Positions 38,101-46,881 of a DNA stretch of 64,000 nt are shown here, one piece after another. Every line of letters begins with the position of its first letter. The first letter of the stretch is position 1. Source of the stretch: Candidatus Doudnabacteria bacterium (GTDB lineage: Bacteria; Patescibacteriota; Doudnabacteria; UBA920; O2-02-FULL-48-8); assembly GCA_016182875.1 (NCBI GenBank), contig JACPFQ010000004.1:259515-323514 (forward strand), given 5' to 3'. Under the pieces are notes generated by a model. It was not told where the DNA came from. It was given only the letters and a program-made list of their open reading frames with translations, and searched no databases. The position numbers and the translations under genes were made by a program.

Positions 38101-38773
38101 CACGCCAAAAGTTGAGGTTGTCGATCTGACAAATTCGACCTTGGTCAACGGTTCGGCCCAGGACGTCTACAAATTCAAAGTCACTGGCCAGGGCGGCACG
38201 GTAGCTGTCAAACAGGTTAAGCTTTCTGTGGCTTGGTCTGATGGCGGCACTGCCGACACCCTGGAAGTGGAATCATTGAAGTTCTACAAGAACGACGTTG
38301 ATATCACGGCGAGCGTGACTATGGTTGACGAAGACGGCAATGATGTGGAAACCACCTCCGGATTGACTGAAGATGACGACACACTGGTTGTCACCTTCAC
38401 CACCGAAGATGCCGTGGCTGCCGGCGAATCCGTGACCTACCGGGTCCGCGGCACGCCGCAAGCCTTCCGCGCCACCGGCACTGACACCGTCGGCGACAGT
38501 GTGTCCTTCAATGTCCCGTCTGATGCCAGCCACAACGGCACCTCAGTCTTCTTAAATGACCAGACTGATATTAACGCCGGCCAGTCCGAAATCATGGAGT
38601 TGTTCACTTCCGCCGCCGCTTCATCTAGCGATGGCACTGCTGCCAACTTCATCTGGTCCGACAACTCGGCAACCGCACACGTTTCAACCGCCAATGCCAC
38701 CAGCACTGGCGACTGGGCGAACGGCTACAATGTCCTCAACTTGCCGCTCGACGGCGAGACTTGGACAAAATAA
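35108..38773 (+). CDS. Large S-layer-like surface protein
   Basis: ATG after an AGGAG RBS, signal peptide, three N-terminal surface repeats, Pro linker, long T/S/A/V/G-rich beta-strand region. TTGACA..TATAAT promoter at 34835-34864 with a long leader. Confidence 0.8.
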   Translation: MHTSELTLTARKGIALGLAVSTLLWAATLWALPAFVSAAPHSDGCLINSSGTIYLVTGGQKRGFPTAEVFASHGYSFSQVVAASSEDTQAMGPVMVYADGTLVKGPSDPLVYLVANGQKRGFVSGSVFTGLGFSFASIVTAATNTFADLPMGANLESATERHTAGVLAKDSTGTVWQMTATGRKGVPSMEVFNSYGWSWSNVVAANAADTAAANEGVVAARASCSTGATPPPPPAGTMSVSLASNNPVAGTVIAGQGVADLAHFSFSGSGKVTSVVLKRLGVSSDTTLSAVYLYDGYVRLTDSATVSSGTITFNNTAGLFTVAGSRTVTVRSNIAASTSGQTVGVQLFSAAADVGTVSGSPLSGNMHTVAAAPSNFATVDFNATTTPSNATISPQDDYTMWQNVVTVGNTKVRLYAFKLRQVGSVVASDLQNFDLFVDGTKVASVAALDSEGYANFDLSAAPVTLETGSRTIKMLGDIIGGSNRNFAFSLRQAVDGFFVDNDFNQGVLPTAASATFSARGNTDDNLQTISTGTITFTKRADSPSGNVVNAASNVLLAKFDVKAAGESMKVETLRVRIDDDDGDEMTLRNGALYLDGAQIGSTAAISGDTGTDPDYTEYTFGSSFIVVPGTPRVLEVKADIFDNDGTNSVAASDTYQVEIIGSANVQRLTSLGYVSAPSTAAEANTLTVATGSLTAALDTSLANHTIVAPKYGYMIGKYTIQQTTTEGANITSVVVDFDEKADAFDGSDDLTNLYIKMGSYTSPIKATVTDTGNTFSTNVAIAAGQVMALEVYADVAASATNGDGTADTIESSVTVASTTTQSSTSATADEVDGQTITAGAGTFATAVAPDTPVNRITYGNQEVEAARFKITATNETYTLRQWNMKVGASPISSAIVEARLYYGSTLLGSAPFSVTSNTIAQITGLESKAEAVVAANTSRTFSVKLLLNQIGGNYGTSQQNVAVTSDALIIQDSQGVQDSTSSAVTTDRVGNELYVYKGTPKVEVVDLTNSTLVNGSAQDVYKFKVTGQGGTVAVKQVKLSVAWSDGGTADTLEVESLKFYKNDVDITASVTMVDEDGNDVETTSGLTEDDDTLVVTFTTEDAVAAGESVTYRVRGTPQAFRATGTDTVGDSVSFNVPSDASHNGTSVFLNDQTDINAGQSEIMELFTSAAASSSDGTAANFIWSDNSATAHVSTANATSTGDWANGYNVLNLPLDGETWTK

Positions 38774-38902
38774 TCTGAATCTAGCTTGAAGAGCTAATCG
38801 GGTTATTATCCGCCTTCGCTGAAAAGCTTCGGCGGACAGGCAAAGCCCCCGCAATTTGCGGGGGCTTTGGTTTGGTATAATTTTAGGGCAGTTGGGAGTT
38901 AA

Positions 38903-39013
38903 AACCCCCTCTTAGAATAAGAGTGGGTAGGGTGAGTTAGACGTAAAGAACCCCTGCCTCTAACCCCTCTGCTCAGCCTAATTCTTAGCATCTCCCCTTG
39001 TTCCAAGGGGAGA
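38903..39013. repeat. Empty DUF559-type element adjacent to a filled sister copy
   Basis: Same arms as 39061-39453 (CCCCTCTTAGAATAAGAG...GAGTTAGA / TGCCTCTAACCCCTCT...CCCCTTGTTCCAAGGGG) but with no gene. Confidence 0.85.
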
Positions 39014-39100
39014 TGGAACTGCGGCCTTACGCTTTGCCTTAAAGAATTAACTTGCAGTTAAACCCCTCTTAGAATAAGAGGGGGTAGGGGGAGTTAGAAC

Positions 39101-39419
39101 ATGAGCTATTTGTATAATAATTTAAAGCTTAAAAACTTCAGGCGTAAACTAAGAAGCAACCAGACAGACTGTGAAGCCTTGCTCTGGTCTGTGTTGCGAA
39201 ACAAGCAATATAGGCAATTATATCTTAGATTTCTTTTGTCCTAAATTAAGATTGGGAATTGAGCTTGACGGTGGTCAGCACGCCAAGCAAAAACTCTACG
39301 ACAACCAGAGAACCAAATATCTTGAATCACAGAATATTAAAGTCCTTAGATTCTGGGATAACGAGGTGCTTGAGAATCTTGAGGGAGTTTATCAAAAGAT
39401 CTTAGATCATTGCCTCTAA
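39101..39419 (+). pseudogene. DUF559 endonuclease with an internal deletion and frameshift
   Basis: MSYLYN...RRKLRSNQTDCEALLW..LRNKQ jumps frame to IGNYILDF...IELDGGQH...VLRFWDNEV; the FRRQ segment is missing. Confidence 0.85.
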
Positions 39420-39717
39420 CCCCCTCTAACTCCCCCTTGTTCCAAGGGGGAGGATCCCAATTCTTTTCGGGCATTAGTAAATCCCCTCCAATTGCTTGAT
39501 TTCGCTGGAAGTTTTACTATATCCTTACTTAACTTATACTTAGCATTGATATAGCATTTATTTTAGTGTCATCCTGAAACAAGTTTTTGGGATCTCGCTT
39601 AGTTACTGAAAAACCCCCGCCGAAAGGCGGGGGTTTTGTTTGTTGACAGGCTGAATCATTTAATTTATCATAAGTACGAAAGTTATACTTTCTAACTAAA
39701 TTGATTTAGGGAAACTC

Positions 39718-39981
39718 ATGTCCATAGTTAAAGTCAAAAATAAATACCAGGTGACTTTGCCCGCTTATGTCCGCAAGCAAGCCGGAATCGAAATTGGGGA
39801 TATTTTGGAAGCAAAAATTGAAAACGGTAAAATTATGCTTTCACCTCAAAGCACGATTGATAAGAGATTAGCCAAGGCGCTCGAAGAGATAGAGAAGGGC
39901 CAGACTTATGGACCCTTTGATACTGCAGAAGAAATGATCACAGCTCTTCATCGCGAGGTAAAAAAACTTAAGCGAAAGTAG
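39718..39981 (+). CDS. AbrB/MazE-family antitoxin
   Basis: KYQVTLP..VR...GI..GD. Confidence 0.85.
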   Translation: MSIVKVKNKYQVTLPAYVRKQAGIEIGDILEAKIENGKIMLSPQSTIDKRLAKALEEIEKGQTYGPFDTAEEMITALHREVKKLKRK

Positions 39982-39988
39982 AGTTATA

Positions 39989-40234
39989 ATGAGGCTTGAC
40001 TTTTCGCCTAGTTTTGTGAAAGCCTACAATAAGGCTCCCACAAAAATCCAGCGAGCATTTGACAAACAATCAAAATTGCTTCTTCAAAATTTAAACTACC
40101 CTTCATTGCGCGCCAAGAAATACAGCGAGACAGAAAATATCTGGCAAGCGAGAGTTGATAAATCTTGGCGGTTTTATTTTCGCATCAAAGGCGATGTATA
40201 TTATCTACTTGATATTATTTCTCATCCTAAATAA
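39989..40234 (+). CDS. RelE/ParE-superfamily toxin
   Basis: F.K.Y...P..IQ, YPSLRAKK, WQARV...WRFYF; adjacent to the antitoxin. Confidence 0.8.
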   Translation: MRLDFSPSFVKAYNKAPTKIQRAFDKQSKLLLQNLNYPSLRAKKYSETENIWQARVDKSWRFYFRIKGDVYYLLDIISHPK

Positions 40235-40239
40235 CTTCC

Positions 40240-40929
40240 ATGAACAAAAAAGCATTATTTATAGGAATCGGAGCCGCCTTGGTTATTTTTTTTGGGTACT
40301 TAGCCTACCAGCAATGGGGGGATAAGCCGCAGTTGGTTACTTACAAGGAGCCAAGCTTAACGGCGGAAGCCAGAGCGATTTATGAGCAGCGTTTGAGCGA
40401 AGCCCAAAAAGCCGTTGCTGAGATCAATGACCAAACTCCGGCCGAAGAAAAATTCAACCGCTATATGGCTTTGGGCAGCGCCAAGTTCAGTTTAGGCTTC
40501 TATCTCGACGCCAAAAACGCTTATCAGCAGGCTTTGGAAGTCATGCCCAACAACGCCTTTGCCTGGCAGGCCCAATCCACCACCCTAACCGCCATGGGCG
40601 ACTACAAAGGAGCTTTGAACGCCATCAAGAAAGCAATTTCCTTGGACCCCAAACAAGCCGATTTCTGGAAGTGGCAAATTGATTTGGAAAAAGACCACTT
40701 CCAGGCAAACAGCGACAGGGTTGACGAGCTTTATGGAGAGGCTTTGAGCAAAACCGATAACAACATCAATATAATCACGGCTTACGCGACCTTTTTGGAG
40801 CAGACAGGCGATTTGGAAGGCGCTTTGGAGCAGTGGCAGAAAGCCTATGAAGTCAATACTGCCCAGCGAGAAGTTTATCAGGCGGAGATAGACAGGCTTC
40901 AGAGGAGGCTGGAGAAACTGCTCAAATAA
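40240..40929 (+). CDS. Membrane-anchored TPR protein
   Basis: N-terminal TM helix and TPR-like A...Y..AL...P repeats. Confidence 0.85.
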   Translation: MNKKALFIGIGAALVIFFGYLAYQQWGDKPQLVTYKEPSLTAEARAIYEQRLSEAQKAVAEINDQTPAEEKFNRYMALGSAKFSLGFYLDAKNAYQQALEVMPNNAFAWQAQSTTLTAMGDYKGALNAIKKAISLDPKQADFWKWQIDLEKDHFQANSDRVDELYGEALSKTDNNINIITAYATFLEQTGDLEGALEQWQKAYEVNTAQREVYQAEIDRLQRRLEKLLK

Positions 40930-40989
40930 TTTAAGGATCAGGCAGCAGTTTACCCCTCCTCTTTAGAGGAGGGGTAGGGGAGGAGTTCT

Positions 40990-41388
40990 ATGGTTTTGCC
41001 CAAAACAAAGCTACGCAGAGAATTAAGGCATAATTCAACTCCAGCGGAAAAAGTTTTCTGGGCTATGATTTGCGACAGAAAAGTATTAGATCTAAAATTC
41101 CGCCGTCAGCACAGCATCGGGCCTTACATAGTTGATTTCTACTGCGCGGCACTTAGGTTAATTATAGAGATTGACGGCGATACTCATGGAACTGTTGAGG
41201 GAATTAAAGCTGATAAAAAGCGAACCGCTTATTTAGAATCACTGGGCTATACTGTCCTAAGATACGCAAATTCAGATATACTAAATAACCTTGAAGGAGT
41301 ATTCCAGGATTTAACCAGCAAGCTTCAGAAACTACTGCCTAATTCCACCTCCTCACCCATCCTCTCCTCCTTGCAGGAGGAGAGGTGA
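40990..41388 (+). CDS. DUF559 (Vsr-like) endonuclease, intact, inside palindromic arms
   Basis: LRHNSTPAE..FW, FRRQHSIGPYIVDFYC, IEIDGDTH, GYTVLRY.N. Confidence 0.93.
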   Translation: MVLPKTKLRRELRHNSTPAEKVFWAMICDRKVLDLKFRRQHSIGPYIVDFYCAALRLIIEIDGDTHGTVEGIKADKKRTAYLESLGYTVLRYANSDILNNLEGVFQDLTSKLQKLLPNSTSSPILSSLQEER

Positions 41389-41438
41389 AACTGCGAGAAA
41401 CTAGGTCAATTAGAAATTGATTCTATATAACAATAACA

Positions 41439-42173
41439 ATGTATCCAAGAAACAAAAATTTAATCCTTTGGGCGGGAGTTATTTTATTGGCGGGAGTTGC
41501 TGTGGGATTAAATATCCTTAGAAATCCAGCCTTAGTCAGCAAGGAAAGCGAAACAGACCTAAGAAGCGAGACGGAAGCGGTTGGGGGCGAAGCGGTCGAG
41601 CCTGCCAAAGATAACGGTTTAGCATCGCCAGCTCCGCAGCAGCCGCAAACTCCGCTGCCTGCTCAAAATTCATCTTCCCCAGCGGACGTTAAGAGCTACA
41701 AAAACACCGAGTACGAATTCGAGTTCACTTATCCGGCCAGCTTCGGCGAAGTGGCTGAAAAAATTTATCAATGCCCGCGGGGTTTCATGACGATCGGGAC
41801 ATTTATCGGCAACCCCAACATTGATTTTGGGTTTGTCTCGTCTGATTATGAGAAATGCGCGGCAGCCGACGCACCCCTGTTTGAAATTCTGAAGTATGAC
41901 TTGTTGGACAAGAAGTTAAAGCTTTACAGCTCAAACCCGGTTTCACCGACTGTTGAGGTGACGATCGAACAAGTTATACCTACCCGAACCGCCAACATTC
42001 TGGCTTATATTATTAAAAATACTATTGAAGCAGATGGCAACGGTAGCCCCGCGGCTGTTCTCAAAAGCCCAAACCCGGCCATTGGCCCGCTTATTTTTCG
42101 AACCCATGGAATGTCCCATGGAATGTCCTATGAGGATGGAATAAAATTGCTGGAGGCGATTATACAGAATTGA
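41439..42173 (+). CDS. Membrane-anchored hypothetical protein
   Basis: N-terminal TM helix, low-complexity linker, Y.N..Y.FEF.YP motif. Confidence 0.7.
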   Translation: MYPRNKNLILWAGVILLAGVAVGLNILRNPALVSKESETDLRSETEAVGGEAVEPAKDNGLASPAPQQPQTPLPAQNSSSPADVKSYKNTEYEFEFTYPASFGEVAEKIYQCPRGFMTIGTFIGNPNIDFGFVSSDYEKCAAADAPLFEILKYDLLDKKLKLYSSNPVSPTVEVTIEQVIPTRTANILAYIIKNTIEADGNGSPAAVLKSPNPAIGPLIFRTHGMSHGMSYEDGIKLLEAIIQN

Positions 42174-42492
42174 CCCAATTAGTAATACGGTTTACGTTGT
42201 CGAAGCCCGTGACGTAAAACGTAGGACGTAATACGATACTGGCATCGATACCGTCAAACGTAATCCCGCAAGGTTGTGGATAATTAGGGTATTGTAAAAG
42301 TTGACAATTACCTAACGTTCCCGCTATTATTCACCTGTAAAAACTCACAATTAAATCCCGGATTTGAGACAAAACCTTTGGCTAAAGACGAGTAAATAGG
42401 CGCAAACCCCAAGATTTAGGGTCGATTTTTAATCTTGAGTGTTTGTTGATAAGTCTCAAAACCACAAATTATTAAGGACAATCAATCAAAAT

Positions 42493-44151
42493 ATGAAATA
42501 TTTCAAAAATTTTAGCCGGCAAAAAGCCTTGATGGTCTCAGTGCTTGCGCTGGCTTTCTTGGTGGTTGCCGGCGGAGCCTTTGCCGCTCTGACGTTTACC
42601 GCCACTACCACCTCCAGCGACGGCGCTTTAACGATTAGTTCCGCCACCACCAATGCCATAAGTTTGGATTCCGGCACCACTGGCGCTGTCAATCTTGGCA
42701 CTGGCAATAATGCCAAGACCATCAGCATCGGAACCGGCACTGCAGGCAACACCATTAACGTTGGCACGGACAACACTACTCTTGATGCTATTAACGTAGG
42801 TTCAGCCCTGGATACTGTGATCATAACCGGCACAAGCGCAGGATTATCTAAAATTGAGTTGGCGGCAACTCGCCCAACCGGCGCTACGAGCTCTTATCAA
42901 ACACTTGCTGGCGATCTTAACTACGTAGGAGCCGCGGGCGGTACTGGCACATATCACGCTGGCGTCATGGGCAACTTTTTGGGCGATACTCTGACCAACG
43001 CTAATGCCACTATCCACGCCGGCACAATCGGCAAGTACTCTGTGACCACGAGCGACGCTTTGGTTGGACCAAAAGCAGGCTTGGTTGGTGAAGCGGAAAC
43101 TAGCGTTGCCAATGCCGCAGTGATGGCAGTGCTTGGCGGTGATACTGCGACAGTTGCTCCTGGAGCGGCTTATGCTGTCCGTTATCTCAACTCTACGGCA
43201 GCTTCTAAGTTCACTTACGGTCTTGATCTCTTCTCCGCGGCTGTCGGCGGTTACAAGGCCGTTGATTACGGCACAGCCGATATCCGACTTCAAAACGGCG
43301 AGACGATTAGCAACGCCACTGACGGCGCAATCACCATCAGCGGCGCGCTTACTGGCACACCGGCAGTGCTTTCTACTACCACAGCCGGCGGAGGGAGCAA
43401 CCTTAAACTGCAATACAAGCAGATAACCAATGCCTTAACTGGCGACTATGAAGGTTTGCATGTCAGAGTTTCCACTGATGTCGGCTCAGCCGATAATGCC
43501 GTTAACGGCGCCCAAATCAAAGCCGTGGCTAATGACGTGGCTTCCCAGATTGACGTTGAAATTCTCCGCGGCGTTTACACCAGCGTGGATGCCAAAGACA
43601 ATTTGGTCACCACTGCTCGCGCGTTTGAAGCATCACTCGATGGTTTGCCCGGATCAACAATCACCGAAGCCGTAGGCATTGAATTGATGAACAACTCTTC
43701 TGGTGCCCAAACGAACTCCTATGGGCTATCCATCAACGGTGGTACAGCTTCCGGTCATAAAGCATACACAAGAGATATTCGATTGCAAAATGGCGAACTC
43801 ATTGACAACGCCACGGATGGCACGATAGCTTTCTCTGGAATAATTGCGGCAAACGGCGGTTTGGTTCAAAGGTACACGACTAATGCTAATGTTCCAAATG
43901 CGTCTGGCCAAAATGTGATTAGGCTTAACGCATTAGCAGCTGACTTTGCCACGATCGCTGGCGGTACCGCAGGCCAAATTATTACCATCATTTTCAGCGA
44001 TGCAGTGGTGGTGACTGACGACAACGCCAACGGCGCCAATGCGATAAATCTGGTAGGTAGCGCTAACCTTACATCTGCTGCTGATGATGTACTTGAGTTA
44101 GTATTTGACGGAACCAGCTGGTTTGAAGTTTCGCGCTCAGTGAACAACTAA
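42493..44151 (+). CDS. Secreted adhesin/fibre-like protein
   Basis: Signal peptide, G/T/A/N-rich, duplicated DIRLQNGE.I.NATDG.I motif. Confidence 0.75.
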   Translation: MKYFKNFSRQKALMVSVLALAFLVVAGGAFAALTFTATTTSSDGALTISSATTNAISLDSGTTGAVNLGTGNNAKTISIGTGTAGNTINVGTDNTTLDAINVGSALDTVIITGTSAGLSKIELAATRPTGATSSYQTLAGDLNYVGAAGGTGTYHAGVMGNFLGDTLTNANATIHAGTIGKYSVTTSDALVGPKAGLVGEAETSVANAAVMAVLGGDTATVAPGAAYAVRYLNSTAASKFTYGLDLFSAAVGGYKAVDYGTADIRLQNGETISNATDGAITISGALTGTPAVLSTTTAGGGSNLKLQYKQITNALTGDYEGLHVRVSTDVGSADNAVNGAQIKAVANDVASQIDVEILRGVYTSVDAKDNLVTTARAFEASLDGLPGSTITEAVGIELMNNSSGAQTNSYGLSINGGTASGHKAYTRDIRLQNGELIDNATDGTIAFSGIIAANGGLVQRYTTNANVPNASGQNVIRLNALAADFATIAGGTAGQIITIIFSDAVVVTDDNANGANAINLVGSANLTSAADDVLELVFDGTSWFEVSRSVNN

Positions 44152-44306
44152 GCTTAACCCCGCCTCGCCTTGGCTCGCTAAAGGGGTAGAGCACAAGCGT
44201 AAAGCTTTGGCTCTACCTCCCCTAACCCCTCCTATTCTAGGAGGGGAAAAAACCAAGAGGCGAGTCTAGGCAGGCAATCCTAATCATTAATCATTATGCC
44301 TAAAAT

Positions 44307-45980
44307 ATGAAACACTTATATAAGGCACTCGTGAAAGCATCGGCTTTGGGATTGGGCATAAGCTTAGCTCTGTCTAGCGTGGCGTTTGGTGCGGCTGATT
44401 TGAACTGGTCCGTAGATACGACCGTGACCATCAATTCGGTAAACTTCATCATCAGCGGCAATTCCGAAGCGACTTCCATGATTGTGGGGGCAACGACGCT
44501 TACCGTGACAGTCCCTTCCGGAAGTGAGTTTAGGCTCAGGTCCGTTGACCGCCGTCCCTTGAACAACAACCAAAGTCTGGCTCAGCAATGTTCTGTTTCG
44601 GACAACGTCCTGCCAGTGGTCGGCCCCAAAACCAGCGTAGTTATAACACCTGACACCTCAACCACCTGTACCACCAACTATCCGCCGTCAGGCGGAGGCG
44701 GTGGCGGCGGCGGTGGATCACCCAGCCCAAGCCCAACTCCTACACCGACACCGACCCCCACGCCTACCCCGACTCCTACACCAACCCCTACTCCTACTAG
44801 CACCACTGGCACTGTGAATGCCACGCCAGAAGCCGGCGGGTCCACCAGCTTCACGCCAACCGATACTGCCACTCCACAAGCCAGCGTTTCACTGCCGGCC
44901 AATTCTGTCTCTTCCACCACTACAGTGACGGTGACTAACACCACTTTGGCCAGCGAAGGCATTACCCCAGCGCCTTCAAGCGGCGGGGCCACTGCCACAG
45001 TCGGCGCTCCTTACGAAGTCACGGCCACTGCCGCTAGCGGTAGTGCGGCCAGCTTTAGCCAGCCGGTCACGCTGACTTTTACCTATACTGACGCGCAACT
45101 GCCGTCGGGTGTTTCTGAATCCGATTTGGTGGTCATGTATTTTGACTCTACTTCCAATTCTTGGGTGACCCTGCCAACCTCGGTCAATGCCAGCACCAAT
45201 ACGCTGACGACCACAGTCACGCACTTTACCGTGTTTGTGATCGCGGCCAAGCCGGGCGGCTCGGGCACAGTTGGCGCGCATGCCAATGGCACCCTGATTT
45301 TGGACGGGCAAACCGTGTACCTCATCAAGAACGGTCAAAGAATTGGCTTCCGCAATGAACAAGAATACCTCTCCCACGGCTACAAATTCAGCCAAACCGT
45401 GACAGCCTCTGCTGCAGACAAAGCTCTGCCCGCAGGCGTGATCCAAAAAGCCATGGAAGGCACACTGGTGCTGGATTCTTCTGACAACCGTACGGTATAT
45501 ATGGTTGGCACAGGTGCGACCAAGCGCGGGTTTACCACAGCTGCGGTGTTTACCGGCCTGGGCTATAATTTTGCTAATCTGCCCAAGATCAATCTTTCGG
45601 ATTATCCAGCCGGCAGTCCGATCGGGACTACCACCGAAGTCCATCCGGACGGCGCCCTGGTTTTGGAAGGCAAGACAGTCTGGTGGATTCGCGGCAATGC
45701 CCGGCAGGGATTTGAGAGCGAAGCCGTGTTCAACACCTACGGCTTCTCATTCGGCAAAGTGGTCGCGTCCAATTCCTCGGATCTGGCGCTGGCCCAAGGC
45801 GCGCTGGTCAAATTCCGCGACGGGACATTGGTCAAGGACGGAGCAGACTACTACCTGGTCTCGGACGGCAAGAAGCTGAAATTTGCTTCTTCAGCTGATC
45901 TAACTGCCAAGGGATATAAGACTTCCAACGCAATCAGCGCGTCTCTGTCCGCCTACGAATCCGGCGGCAATGTGCAATAA
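44307..45980 (+). CDS. Surface protein with a Gly/(PT)n linker and a C-terminal 4-repeat module
   Basis: Signal peptide, GGGG-(PT)n linker, THFTVF domain, C-terminal module shared with 46882-54015. Confidence 0.85.
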   Translation: MKHLYKALVKASALGLGISLALSSVAFGAADLNWSVDTTVTINSVNFIISGNSEATSMIVGATTLTVTVPSGSEFRLRSVDRRPLNNNQSLAQQCSVSDNVLPVVGPKTSVVITPDTSTTCTTNYPPSGGGGGGGGGSPSPSPTPTPTPTPTPTPTPTPTPTPTSTTGTVNATPEAGGSTSFTPTDTATPQASVSLPANSVSSTTTVTVTNTTLASEGITPAPSSGGATATVGAPYEVTATAASGSAASFSQPVTLTFTYTDAQLPSGVSESDLVVMYFDSTSNSWVTLPTSVNASTNTLTTTVTHFTVFVIAAKPGGSGTVGAHANGTLILDGQTVYLIKNGQRIGFRNEQEYLSHGYKFSQTVTASAADKALPAGVIQKAMEGTLVLDSSDNRTVYMVGTGATKRGFTTAAVFTGLGYNFANLPKINLSDYPAGSPIGTTTEVHPDGALVLEGKTVWWIRGNARQGFESEAVFNTYGFSFGKVVASNSSDLALAQGALVKFRDGTLVKDGADYYLVSDGKKLKFASSADLTAKGYKTSNAISASLSAYESGGNVQ

Positions 45981-46102
45981 GCCAGATAACACGTAACAAA
46001 ATAAAGCGGCTCTATTTGGGAGCCGCTTTATTTTGAGGTCTTGTGGATTGACATATAACTTTAAGTTATATATTATATATACTATCAATTAACCATTGAA
46101 GT

Positions 46103-46378
46103 ATGACTACGCAAGTTATCTTTAAAGTCGATAAAAACCTTAAAGCCAAAGCCATGAAAAAAGCTCAAAACGAAGGCATTGCTTTTTCCTCTATTCTTAA
46201 GCTGGCCACGCAGGCTTACGTCAAGGGGAATTTGAATGTCGAGTTGGTAACGCACCCCAGGCTTAATGCTAAAACTCGCCAAGAGCTTATCAAAGCTTCT
46301 AAAGATATCAAGGAAGGGAAGAATTTAGTTGGACCTTTTAAAACAGTTGAAGAAATGAAAAAGTATCTGATGAAGTAA
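46103..46378 (+). CDS. RelB/DinJ-like antitoxin
   Basis: RHH-like N-terminus (VIFKVDKNLK..A); GPF..VEEM C-terminus. Confidence 0.75.
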   Translation: MTTQVIFKVDKNLKAKAMKKAQNEGIAFSSILKLATQAYVKGNLNVELVTHPRLNAKTRQELIKASKDIKEGKNLVGPFKTVEEMKKYLMK

Positions 46379-46380
46379 GT

Positions 46381-46641
46381 ATGGAGCCATTTTTACACAA
46401 GAGCTTCAGAAAACAGTTTGACAAACTTCCTCCGAAAGTTCAGCAACAATTTTTCAAAAGACTTGATTTGTTTTTGAAAGATCCATTCCACCCGATATTA
46501 AATAACCATTCAGTGGACGCAGTTTATCCTAATTGGCGCAGCATAAATATTACCGGAGATTACCGTGCGCTTTATGAACTAAAAAGTGAAGATATTTTTG
46601 TGTTTATGAAGATTGGCACCCATTCAGAGCTGTATGAGTGA
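46381..46641 (+). CDS. YafQ/RelE-family mRNA interferase toxin
   Basis: F.KQF.KL, L.NH, RSINITGDYRA.Y, IGTHSELY. Confidence 0.9.
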   Translation: MEPFLHKSFRKQFDKLPPKVQQQFFKRLDLFLKDPFHPILNNHSVDAVYPNWRSINITGDYRALYELKSEDIFVFMKIGTHSELYE

Positions 46642-46881
46642 TCCACAGTTTTGACATAAATTTTATAATATACTACAGTTTAGGCACAAAAGCCTTGGGC
46701 TTTTAAGAAAGCAAAAACAATTAAATCAAAGGTGAAAAACAAAACTTTGCAGGGATTGTTAGGGTTTTTCCAAACTGGAAGTCCAACTGCCAATGTTTTA
46801 TTTGTCACCAAAAAACTGCAAGCAATGACGCGTTTGATTGGGTCGAACACAGACGCGTCTTTGTTTTAGAAAGGAACAAAC

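Noticed and set aside
42368-42430. c-di-GMP-I riboswitch
   Set aside because: Only GGCGCAAA resembles the motif; the GNRA-capped P2 and the P1/P3 elements could not be built.
45280-45980. TR/VR pair or assembly duplicate with 53310-54015
   Set aside because: The differences are largely synonymous and not adenine-specific; these are paralogous protein modules.
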